DNA of 64,000 nucleotides from Amoebophrya sp. A120 (lineage: Eukaryota; Protista; Dinoflagellata). Of the stretch, positions 34,372 through 44,649 are shown piece by piece (position 1 is the first letter of the stretch; every line of letters begins with the position of its first letter). The stretch covers positions 786,988 through 850,987 of the forward strand of contig CAJINV010000019.1 in the NCBI GenBank assembly GCA_905178155.1. Direction: 5' to 3'. Below the pieces are notes generated by a model. That model was not told the origin of the DNA and ran no database searches. It saw nothing but the letters and a program-made list of their open reading frames with translations. The translations under genes were made by a program, and so were the position numbers.

Positions 34372-37300
34372 CTAGTTCATCTCGGAACAGCACCCATTCG
34401 CGGTTTTTTCCGAAGCTTCCCCGATGGACAGAGTCCGCTTCATACCCGACGAAGAAGGTAATGTCGTGCAGGAGGAACCCATACCCATTTTATTCACTCC
34501 ACTACAACTCCCGCCCGTTCTGTACTTCGTGATCACCATTTCTATGGCGTCGAGCCCCCGCTTGATCTCCGGAAACGACGGCCCGTAGGACAGCCGGACG
34601 AAGCCCGAGTTATTGTGAGGAAAAATCCCCCCTCCCCATATCAAAAAGGTAAGTCGCCGAAAATTTGCAATGCTGATTTGCGACCACAAATCATCTCTGT
34701 CTTGCAAGAAGGCAACTCCACAGGCTCCGCCGCATTATGCAGGCGGTTTGTGATGCTGTTGGGCCTACAGCGCAGACGTTTCTCATGCTAAGAGCCTAGC
34801 TCAAAACCTCTCTACTCAGGCTTGGTATAGACCTGCAGTCCTCTTCAGCAAGACAAATCTGATTTGTGTACGCAAATCCAGCATCACAGACTTCGTTTTG
34901 ATGTGGGGTGGGGGGATTTTTCATTTTGATACGAGTAATTCGAGAACTTCCTGCGATGCCCGGGGTTGACGTCAAAAAACACATATCAAGTGTAAAAGTG
35001 TCGGGGTCTGGAAGAATGCAACTTGTGATGCTGCATTTGGATTCCAACAAACTCTGTATTGCATGAGTACCAAAGGAAATGCAATTTTTGCTACGCTGAG
35101 AAGGCATTTGTCATGCGGAATACGCATCAAGAAGCCCTCAAAAAATCTGTATTGCTAGGGTATGCACCACAGACATCATGGCTCATGCAAAACGTGCGTG
35201 ACAAGTGTCAGAATCTTCCAGACCCAGATATTTTTACAATTCATAACACGCCGGGGCAGACGATGACCTTCCCCTCGTTCAGCATGGTCCGGAAAAACCG
35301 CCTATCAAATGTAAAAATGTCTGGGTCGGGAAGAATGCAACTTGCCATGCTAAATCTGAAGCATGCAAAAATCTGTGTTGCATGATTACCAAAAGTCGTC
35401 CAGTTTTGACCAAGTCGGTAGGGAGTTTCTCATGCAGGATAGGCATGAGAGAGATCGCACAGAATCTGCCATGCTAGGTCCTGCATTCCAGACCTCATGG
35501 GTCATGGAAAAGCTGCATGACAGATCGCGCATTCTTCCAGACCCAGACACTTTTACATTTGATACCCCCAGCAGGTGTTCAACGGAGCCGGTAAACTCGA
35601 GATGTCGCACCAGCAGTAAAACGTCCCCTGCGGCGGGTGTTCCACCACGATGTATGGAAGTGCCAGAATCGAAATTGACAAAATCGAAAAATTTGTGATG
35701 CATAAAATGCATGACGCGGAATACGTGTGTTGCAGAGCAGGCAAGTGAGGCCGATACCGATTGTAAGCCTGTTTGGGGTTATAGCTCGAGCTGCTAAAGC
35801 AACATCATGAGAGAATCGGTCTTCTTTGCCTAAACAGCATTACAAACTGGATTTAGGCACCGCCAGAATTTGTCATGCGCCACTTAGAAACTGGGTTCAA
35901 ACTGGAATCCGTTTTATGCATGACAAATCCTTTCGATTTTGTCGCTTTCGATTCTGACACTCCCATACTATGTTCATCTCGTTTAGCCGGTGCAGGAGGA
36001 AATCCCGTTTGTTATGCATTGCAAAAGTAACGTACTAGTATAAATTGCATTACAAATTTTGGCAAAAAGAAAAGTGGGATTTGTAATGCTGTTTTACTTT
36101 AGGAGGAAGATTTGTCATGCATACTTCGACTACCGGAATTTAAGCACGGGGTCACAATTGTCTTCTTTTTGGGCTTGGTGCGCCAACCCCGCATCGCTTG
36201 CGTTTGTGCCTGTTTTTGCACCTTTTTGCGTGCCTGATTTTCCGCCTGTTTCTGTAGCTGTTTCTGTGCCTGTTTTTGCGGCTGCGCCTGTTTCAGTGCC
36301 CCCCGAGCCGCCACATTCATAGAAGAGGGCACTTTAAGTGCCAAAGTGCCCTCTTCTATGATAGTGTCTGGTAGGCACATGCATAGCACAACGCCGGGCC
36401 GTCTACAAAGCACGCTCACGCACGCAGCGCCTGCCTGCCGCAAAATGGCGCGCGGAAGGGCATCGCAAAAGATACTCCGGGGGCGCTGAATGAATCTGAC
36501 ACAGAATAGGTGCCCGGCAATCCACCTCTTCGGGCATGCCTCTACTCATCCGCCACAGGGCCTCCCAGCGCTGCAGAGCCCGCTGCGCCTTGAATTGCCG
36601 GGGTCGACTGCTGGCTCTGGGTCAGCTTCTGCAACAACTGCTCTGTCCTTTTGTTTGCACTAATCCATTGGGAGCGAAGGGCAACACTCGCACAACCGAC
36701 CACCCAACCAGCCAACTCCCCCTCTTTGTTGCTAGAAGTCCTGCTGGGCCGACATCTTACTAAAAGCAAAGAGAAAGATACCTGCTAAGAGACGGCCACT
36801 CCGTGGCGAATAAAGTTCTACAAAAATATTTGCACTTCAGAAGCATGGTCGTTCCCGATCATATCCGCCGGGGCTGGCATCCCGGCTGCTGACTTCAGCA
36901 GGCTGCTTACTTTCTGCTTCCTTTGACACGGACGAACAAGGGTGGGTTACATCTGCTTTTTTTCAAAAAGGTCTAACCCCCGCTAGTGGGTGGGCACTAG
37001 CGGGGGTTAGCTTCGGACGAATGTAACCCACCCTTGTTCATTTGTTCTAGGATGAACAAAGGTGGGTTACATTCGTCTGACCCTAACCCCCGCTAGTGCC
37101 CACCCACTAGCGGGGGTTAGAACTTTTTGGAAAACAGACAACCTAGCCCACCCTTGTTCGTCGGATCCAAATCATGGCGCTTCACATCGCCGGGTGGGCT
37201 CCGGCGATCAGAGTCGGCGAGCCTCCAAAGACATCAACTACAGAAAACATCTGCAGCGTACCACCCAGAATAAAGTGTTCCGCCATGGTATGGGGCGCGG

Positions 37301-40300
37301 ATTAATATCGCGCACCAGGCCATGCTGCAGAGCCCTACTCCCGACGGAAAACTAAAGGGCTAAGAGCGAAGTTCGCGCCCGCCATGCCGCGCGAAGGGTG
37401 AAATGGGACTGGGCACAACAAGTCACGACACAGTACCTTGAGCCAAAAGCCTCCCACTGCAACACACTTGACATCGATTTCATAATCCACAAGTCTCAAT
37501 AAGCGACGCTTCAGGTTGACATCAATGCTCTGAATGCCGAAAACCTGTCGCGCCAGATCTGCACACACTTAATTGAGACTTGTGGACTAAAAGATCAATG
37601 TGTCAAAGCTTGCGATGTCGGCATTTTGGCTCAAGGTACAATGGCGTGAGTTGCTACGCCCAATCCCTTTTCACCCCTCACGCGGATTGACAACCACAGC
37701 GACGCACCCAGGGGCCGCCCGCGTGGAGGACACGCATGCAGAAATTTTTGGCCCCCTAGGTACCACCGGATAAGTGCTTCTCTGTTCCCTCAGCACGAGC
37801 GGCTTTATCCAGCATTTTACTTCTCCATGTGATGCCGCTTTTTCGCCTTGTTTCGCGCCCTAGTTTTTCTGTTTGTGATTTTTCAAACCGAAGCAACTGC
37901 CACGACCTACTTGCGGCCGCGCTTTGCCCTTTGGTTTTTGCGCTGGAACCCGCGTCAAAAAGTAGAATTGTGACCCCGTGCGTAAATTGAGGCTTTTGAA
38001 GTATCTGCTGCAATTACTACGAGTACGATACTTTTGCACAGGATACTTGTGGCTGAAGAGCAACTGCAGGAGGATGGTTTGCTCCACGACGATATCAACT
38101 GTAAAAATGTCTGGGTCTGGAAGAATGCGCGATTTGTCATGCTGCTTTTCCATGACCCATGAGGTCTGGAATGCAGGACCTAGCATGACAGATTCTGCGA
38201 GACCTTTCGAATGCCTATCCTGCATGAGAAACTACCTCCCGACCTGGTCAAAACTGGACGACTTTTGGTAATCATGCAACACAGATTTTTGCATGCTGCA
38301 GATTTAGCATGACAAGTTGCAGTCTTCCAGACCCAGACATTTTTACATTTGATAGACGAGCTTCGGGTTCAGCAGCGGCACCAAGGCCCGTTGCGTTGGT
38401 AGAGATGGTCCCCCGTCGAGAAATATCAAATGCAAATATGTCTGGGTCGTCTGGAAGATTGCAAGACTTGTGATGCAGATCTCGATGACCCATGACGTCG
38501 GGCATGCAGGACCTAGCATGACAGATTCTGTGAGCAGACCTCTAGCATGCCTATCCTGCATGAGAAATTGCCCCTGAACTTGTCCAAAAGTGGACATCTT
38601 TTGGACATCATGCAACACAAACTTTTGGCACGATCCAGATTTAGCATGACAATCAAGCTGCAACCTTCCAGACGCCAGACATATTTGTAATGCATAAGAA
38701 AGGACCCCGCGGCCCCCACCGCTTCGATAACCTGGTATCCTGTGCAAAACTATCGTACTCGTATTGCAGTCATGCATTTACAAATCTCTCTCTTAAGGTA
38801 AATCAGCATTACAAATTTTATTTCTCATGCTAGGGAAATTTGTAATGCATTTATACGAGTACGATACTTTTGCAATGCATACCTGCCGCGGGCCGACGAT
38901 CCAGCAGACGCGCAACCCCGGCATGCGCCAGTTCTTGGTCAGACCATCGAGGAGGATCACCGGGTCACTGTTCACATCGTCCACGAACTGCGCGGCGGAA
39001 ACCATGCGCCAGTGCGCGTCGGAGGGCGCCATACGCTGCGTGTAAACATACCTGTAAATTTGTATTGCATAGCATGCATGATTATACTAGCGAAAATTTG
39101 TCATGCATGCACGTACCTGAGAAAAATTTATGTCATAATTATGCAGCTCCTTTTGTGGATTATTCATTTTGCTTGAGCAGGAGTCCGAATGCATGAACAA
39201 ATAGACGGCGCAAACATGCACACATTTCTCCTGGTCGTAGATCGATATCTGGATTGCATTTCTATTTGCAATGCAAAAAAAATGTCATAATAAATTACCT
39301 CGAATAGATCTCGTCGATAACCAGCGAGCACTGACATTCCCTTGCAATCCGGACCCAATTCTTCAATTCTTCCCCCTCGACCAACTGCCCCGTCGGGTTG
39401 CACGGATTCGAGAACAGCAACGCGCCCAACCCTTTCCCCACAATCTCCCGCCGGAGTTCCTGTAGCGTCAACCGAAAATTGTTCTCCGGATTCAACAAGA
39501 TCGGAATCGAGTTGATTTTTCCGGTCAAGGAAAATTGGGACAGCAATTCCGTGTACGCCGTGTAGTCGGGCAAAAAATGCCCGAGATTGATCTGGTCCAT
39601 GGCGGCAATTAACCGCGTCAGCGCGAGCCGCCCGCCGCCGACCAGTGCGACGTTCTCCGCTTGGTACAGCGATTGCTTCCCCTTGCGGTACATGTCATTG
39701 TAGAACTTCGCGACCGCGCGCCGGAGCGCCAAATCCCCGTTCACGTTCCCGTAGTGTAAATTTTCCGGGGTCACCTCGAGCTGTTTCAAATCCTGGTCCC
39801 ACGGGCCCTGGATGTGCTCGCTGGGGCCGAAGTTGTGGCTCGCGTTGTTGTGGAGGTGGGCTGCCGGGTTGCTGGTCTGCGCCGCGCAGGAGGGCAGTTT
39901 TCCCGCCTCGATCAATTCCTTGATTCGGTTCCGCACCGACGCCGGCCAGTGCTTCGGTAGCGACGTTTCCGGCGACCCCTGGCCCAAGTTGGCCCACTCG
40001 TGCGCGGTCTGGGCGGAATACCCGACCTTCGCGGCTTCGTCCATCACGTAGATGACGCCCGTTTTCGGGACTTGCCGGAAACCCGGGATCAACCGGTTAT
40101 TTGTCGAACTGGATTTATTCTGCGTCGGTCCGTCCAGGGTCGTGGTGGACGATTGCTGCTGTCGATCTTCCTCGTCCGAGTCCATGGCTAAATCTCGATG
40201 TTGCGACGAAGTAGATCCACTGTTGTTCTTGGTCAGACTGTTGCGCGGACCACGATCTGCTGCACCTCCGGAGGTTGACCCGCAATCGGAGGTGTTGCTG

Positions 40301-40866
40301 GTCATCAAACCGTTTTTAATATCAGCCGCGGAAGAAGAATTTGCGACTGGTTTCGGTGGTAGCGCAGCCTTTCGTCGGACCTGGTACTGTGTGGTTGTCA
40401 CTTTCGTCGTGATTCTAGTGGGGGAGACAGTACCGGAAAGAACGGAGTCATACTCTTCCTCGGGCGTTCCATTATTCTTGTTCCCGGATTGTTCCGGAGA
40501 CATGTTGACATAGTTGTTGACTTTCTGACGATTTTTGCTAAAGGTCGTCTCCACGGTTGTGCAATCGTACGACCCCGGCGCGCGAACTTCCAACTCGTCA
40601 ATCCGGTACAACACGCGCACCACCCAATCCAGATCAGAGGTGATTTGCTGCACCCGCTTGAAGTTGGCGATGACGGCGACGTCGATCCAGCCGGTACAGT
40701 CGTTCTCTTCCGACCCGTGTAGTTTCTCGCGCAGCCAGGTGTCTTTCCACAGGTTTTTGTCGCTGAAGTAATACTCGAGCTGCCGCTGCAACCGCCACTC
40801 GTCCGCAGAAAGCTGCTCCGCGGGCTTCGCGGGGGACGCGGTTGTGGTCATGTGGTCGGGGGCCAT
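34372..40866 (-). CDS. La-motif + PLP-dependent class I/II aminotransferase fusion; 10 exons
   Basis: QLEYYFSDKNL..GWIDVAVIANFKRV (La motif); NLGQGSPE, FSNPCNPTG, VIDEIYS, DGLTKNWRMPGLRVCW (PLP Lys), PQGTFYCWCD, CPGVFFD, FVRLSYG recovered in one frame after removing 8 introners and 1 GT-AG intron. Confidence 0.92.
34611..34931. mobile_element. Introner family E
   Basis: TIRs; perfect direct repeat cgagt. Confidence 0.9.
34984..35245. mobile_element. Introner family A
   Basis: TIRs; direct repeat acaca/acacg. Confidence 0.9.
35303..35564. mobile_element. Introner family A
   Basis: TIRs; direct repeat ccgcc/ccccc. Confidence 0.9.
35653..35967. mobile_element. Introner family F (TIR TATGGrAGTGyCAGAATCGAAA)
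   Basis: TIRs; direct repeat cgatg/ctatg; homologous to 57904-58208. Confidence 0.9.
36317..36361. repeat. Perfect 19-bp hairpin
   Basis: tcatagaagagggcacttt-aagtgcc-aaagtgccctcttctatga. Confidence 0.9.
36931..37162. repeat. Nested palindrome: two inverted ~110-bp arms, each itself a hairpin
   Basis: Each arm has gaacaagggtgggttac...gtaacccacccttgttc (or a close variant) around ctaacccccgctagtg-ggtggg-cactagcgggggttag. Confidence 0.9.
37401..37458 (-). ncRNA. Dinoflagellate SL RNA-like gene (diverged copy)
   Basis: agtgggaggcTTTTGGCTCAAG|GTACtgtgtcgtgacttgttgtgcccagtcccattt; 3' 12 nt of DinoSL plus GTAC donor. Confidence 0.6.
37486..37500 (-). promoter_or_regulatory. Candidate SL RNA upstream element ATTGAGACTTGTGGA
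   Basis: Identical 15-mer ending 27 nt before both SL-like exons. Confidence 0.5.
37572..37586 (+). promoter_or_regulatory. Candidate SL RNA upstream element ATTGAGACTTGTGGA
   Basis: Identical 15-mer ending 27 nt before both SL-like exons. Confidence 0.5.
37614..37671 (+). ncRNA. Dinoflagellate SL RNA-like gene
   Basis: gatgtcggCATTTTGGCTCAAG|GTACAA: 18/22 match to DCCGTAGCCATTTTGGCTCAAG, Sm-like ATTTTGG in the exon, GT donor, GGCGT/ACGCC stem, TTTT end; 58 nt. Confidence 0.75.
38093..38354. mobile_element. Introner family A (opposite orientation to 35303-35564)
   Basis: TIRs; perfect direct repeat gacga. Confidence 0.92.
38424..38696. mobile_element. Introner family A
   Basis: TIRs; perfect direct repeat agaaa. 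Confidence 0.9.
38736..38881. mobile_element. Introner family B
   Basis: TIRs; direct repeat cctgg/cctgc, which supplies canonical CAG|GT...CAG|G ends on the gene strand. Confidence 0.92.
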
Positions 40867-41654
40867 TTTGCGCCACAAGACTCCTCAGTGAAGAGCTCGA
40901 GAAGAAAAAGGAAGGGATATTGGTTATATGGCAACAAGTACCTGCTGAGCTCCAAAATGCGAGCTTGACCTTGAAATTGAAAATTGTATCTATCAGTAGT
41001 TTTTGTATCTATCGACCGTCGTCTACTTTTTCGTTGCAAACGGAAGAGGAAACCTCCAGAAGTTGCAGATTCTACACTCGAAATAAAATGATATTTGACA
41101 CTTGTTTGAACTTCTGCTTGCGATTGGATGAGTTACGCAATTAAGCGATGGCGCTAGTAGTACGAACTAGAACTTTCAATTTTCTCATAATCTTGCACTT
41201 TGAATTGAATTCCACCAATTTTATTTTTGGCATCTCTCAGAAATGGAGGTTGACACATTGACATTGCGTTGAAATCGGAATCAGAGCTACTTCTTTTACT
41301 GGTTTGCATTTTGCAATTACTGTTTCCGTTTTGGATCATCCGGAAGTGTGCATGTACTAGCTTCCACTCTCTTCAACAGTTCCGTCAGTCTGACACGGGA
41401 TCTGGGAAATGATCTTCCTTATCTCCCCGAAATACTTGCGTCGCAGCTGTCTATTCCTGCCCCTCGTCGACATATCGTGCTACAACGAACTTCAAATGGT
41501 GAACAGATACAACTTATCCAGGAGCATGAACCACTCAACAAGAGGTCACCCCTGAGGGAAGGGATCCATGAAGAGCGTCGTCGTGAAAGATATCAATGGA
41601 TCAAGATCATGATGATCCTTACCAAAAAATTAAAATCATTTAGGCACAAGAAAA

Positions 41655-44649
41655 CTATTCCGGCGGAGGTTTCTCTTGCCAACAGACCACTCCATCCACA
41701 CAATCTCTAATGATCTCGAGCCCCGCGCGGTGGACGTCCGGCGCTCCGGACCTTGCCAAAGTTATAACCCGCTCAGGTGTTACAATCTCAAACGTTACAA
41801 TAGAATCTGGAATTTGTGTTGCAAGAAGTGCATTATCTAGCTTACTCCCATAGGATTGCGCATGACAAGTTCTGGAGTCCCAATCCGCACTACAATCTGG
41901 CGAAATTTGTATTGCAGATAGTGGAATGCTGTCCGAGTCTGTCATGCTCGTCATGCAATACAAAACCCAGATTCTATTGTAACGTTTGAGATTGTAACGT
42001 TTGAGCGGGTCATAAAAGTGTAGTTCTTTTTGTCCGCATAGACCTCTAAGAACGACTGCGGGGTCCACAAGTTCTTCGCTTTTGCCTTACAGCTGTCGTC
42101 GTCGATCATGTCAATAGTCACCCCGTAGATTTTGTCGAGCGGCACTTTCGCCTCCTCAAACAGAAACCGCACTGCGGAATAGGTTTCTCGGACCTGCGCG
42201 ATAGGCAGCAACCCGGTAAGTTCGTAAACAGTCCGTGGGCAGTGCTTTCTTGGAAACAGGAGCCCCGGACAGTCCATCACGACCAGTTGCTGGTCGGCGT
42301 CTTTGTCTTTGTTTTCGGCTGAAGTGATGTTCTTAGGCTCTTCACCTCCTGCAGGACCACGCGTGGCATCGTCTATGATTTCGCCAGATTTTTTCTGATC
42401 ATCTGACGCCTCAGCGCCATGATCCAATTTTTGCTGCAAATAATTGACTTGGTCGACAACCTTATCTCCGTTATTTTCACCGCGGATCTCCGGCGTGAAG
42501 TCCAAGTCGTTGTTTTTGTTTTTCGCTCGTCTCCGCTTGTTTTTCTGCTTCTGCCGGTTTCCCTCCGCTGTGCTTAAAGTCGGGGCGGACACGTTTTTCG
42601 TCTCTGTAGTTTCATCAGGTCCTCCTGGTGTCATTTTAGACGCGGCGCCGGCCACACGACCTCCCGCCCCGGAAACGCCGCTTTTCTGCAGTTCCCGGTA
42701 GTCGGTGCGCATTTCGTTTTTCATTTTCTTCATCTCAGATTTCGAGAGGTTCTCGAAGTTTTGCACCTGCTGCGCCACAGACACAGAGGGGAGCACTGCT
42801 GTTATTGGGCCATCAATCGTGGTGGCTTGCGCTTGGCCGCCCTGTGGGGACTTTGATTTGTTTCTTTTCATCTCCTTCTGCAGTTCAACCTGTTTCTCAC
42901 TGTCTAGAAAAATGTGCTGCACATGTTTGGTGTGCCCTGCGGTCCGCGACACGCTCAGTCGGCGAACGCCGAGAATCGCGTTCAAGAGGCTGGACTTCCC
43001 GACGTTCGGGTGGCCTAAGCAGCCGATGGTGATTTTGTTTGTGCTCTTGTCGTGTGGTCCGCCGCGTTTTGGTTTTGGTCGGTCAACGGCTTGCTCATCG
43101 CCGGACAAAACTACCGCAGATGATGTTGTAGTTGACAATTCAATCGCTTTATCCACAATGGCGTTCGCGTATGCGTCCACTTTTTTCCGCACGTCGACCT
43201 TTTTCCCGGCAGGCGGGTTCTTGAGCCGTTTTCTCCGGAAGTTCGCCCCGATATTCTCCACGAATGCTTCGTGGGATTCTTCGTCTAAATGCGGTTGCTT
43301 TGTAAACGGAAACACCGCGGCGAATTCTGGTAGATCGAATTTATGAAACTGCTCACCACTTTGACTTTCATCTCCTATAGCAGGACTTCTGGCCGCCTTA
43401 GTCCTGGTGAAGAACTCCCGCCACTTTTCGAAATCAGCAGTGCTGATCAAATCTACTTTCGTCAACACGAGAAGCAGCTGCTTCCCTTTCACGGCCTCTT
43501 TACTCAAGAACGGGATGTGCATCAAAGGGTTCCGCGCGTCCGCACAGAGGATCAAGACCGTTGACTGCTCGGTCGTGCGCCACAGCTGCCGCCACACGTC
43601 CAGGTTGTATTCGACAGGAGGGATGCTGGTGTAGTACGCGTAATTATTTGATGTTCCTGCGTTATAATTATTAACGGTGGCGTCGTTCGCTTTAGAGATG
43701 TGTTCTCTCGTCGCTTTACACCACGTTGCGAAAGCGAGTTCTTCGGCAGATTCGAGCTCTTCCTTCGTGAGTAAATTCGAGGTTGTAGGCCGGAGCGGGA
43801 AGGGGAGGGCAGAGCCGATGTATTTGCATTTGGAGGAACAAGGTGAATTTGTGCTTGCAGGTCCTGCTGTGCGTGTTGTGGTAGAAGTTGTAAAATCGCC
43901 CGACGTATCAAATGCAAAAATGTCTGGGTCTGGAAGATTGCTACATTTGTCATGCTTGTCTGACATGACTCAAGAATCTGTGATGCATGGGCACGCAGTG
44001 GCCCTCTTGCCTGTCATGCAAAAACGCAGTTTGCCATGAGGAACACGCAACACACAGGAGCCCAAAAATTTGTCATGCTTGGCTTCGTATTGGAGTGGAA
44101 CTCGCATTCACTCTTAGCATCACAAGTTTCCAGACCCAGACATATTTGCAATGCATACGACGACGCCGCAGCTCCACCGGTGCCCACTTCTAAGATTCCT
44201 GCCGCACCACCACCCCCGGCGTGACCCTTAGCATCTTCACTGCTCGTCGCGTTCTCAAGTTCATCTTGTTTGATTCGTCCAGCATCTTCACTAAAAGTTC
44301 TACTTGCAATTATCTTTATCTCCTTGTCTGCAAACTCTCTTCTCTTCTGCACCAGTTCCGTTTCCTCTTTTTCGAAAATGGAGGAAATGATCGCTTTTTT
44401 CTTTCCCAGTTCCAACGTGATCGCCTGCCCGAAGGACTTCACCAGCTCGGGGAGTTTTTCTTCGGCTTTGGAGGCTGAGGACCTGATGGATGACCCTGTT
44501 CCAGAAGACCGGCGCGGTAATGGTTGCGGCGGTTCTTTGTCTTTCTCCCCGGGGCTGTTCGACGCTCTACCTCCCTGCTGCGGCGGGGAGGAGGTGCTGC
44601 TTGGGGGAGATAAGTAGGAGCTACTCGCGTTCTTCTTCTGGTCTGCCAT
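41655..44649 (-). CDS. GNL1: GNL1/LSG1-like circularly permuted GTPase (YlqF/YawG family); at least 3 exons, start uncertain
   Basis: EYNLDVWRQLWR, DARNP, TKVDL (G4), GHPNVGKSS (G1), SRTAGHTK (G2), DCPGLLFP (G3), PIAQVRE, GAPDVHRAGLEIIRDCVDG. Confidence 0.85.
41763..42014. mobile_element. Introner, family C-like (TIR TATrACCCGCTCA...GTTACAATCTCAAACGTTACAATAGAATCTGG)
   Basis: ~45-bp TIRs; perfect direct repeat aaagt. Confidence 0.92.
43906..44157. mobile_element. Introner family A
   Basis: TIRs; perfect direct repeat cgacg. Confidence 0.92.

Larger units (their letters stand above)
36121..38004. mobile_element. Nested non-autonomous TIR element carrying SL-RNA-like genes
   Basis: 39-bp TIRs: outer ATACTTC/GAAGTAT and inner 23-mer aattta(a/c)gcacggggtcacaatt (22/23 identical, 36137-36159 vs 37966-37988); TSD ambiguous; no transposase ORF seen. 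Confidence 0.85.
36013..38045. mobile_element. Introner family B split by a nested 1.9-kb insertion
   Basis: B left part 36013-36120, B right part 38005-38045; direct repeat tttgt/cttgt; removal gives FSHKRDFL. Confidence 0.88.

Noticed and set aside
35059-35744. Recurrent short ORFs (FQTQT, LPDPD, KMSGSGR, CLGLE peptides) as a protein family
   Set aside because: They are translations of the family A TIRs, not genes
36099-36443. QAQKQ-repeat ORF inside the nested element
   Set aside because: Arises from short subterminal repeats; no transposase features
36160-37960. 5S rRNA, U snRNA or tRNA genes beside the SL-like pair
   Set aside because: No diagnostic motifs recognised by eye; an Infernal/Rfam scan is needed to exclude divergent copies
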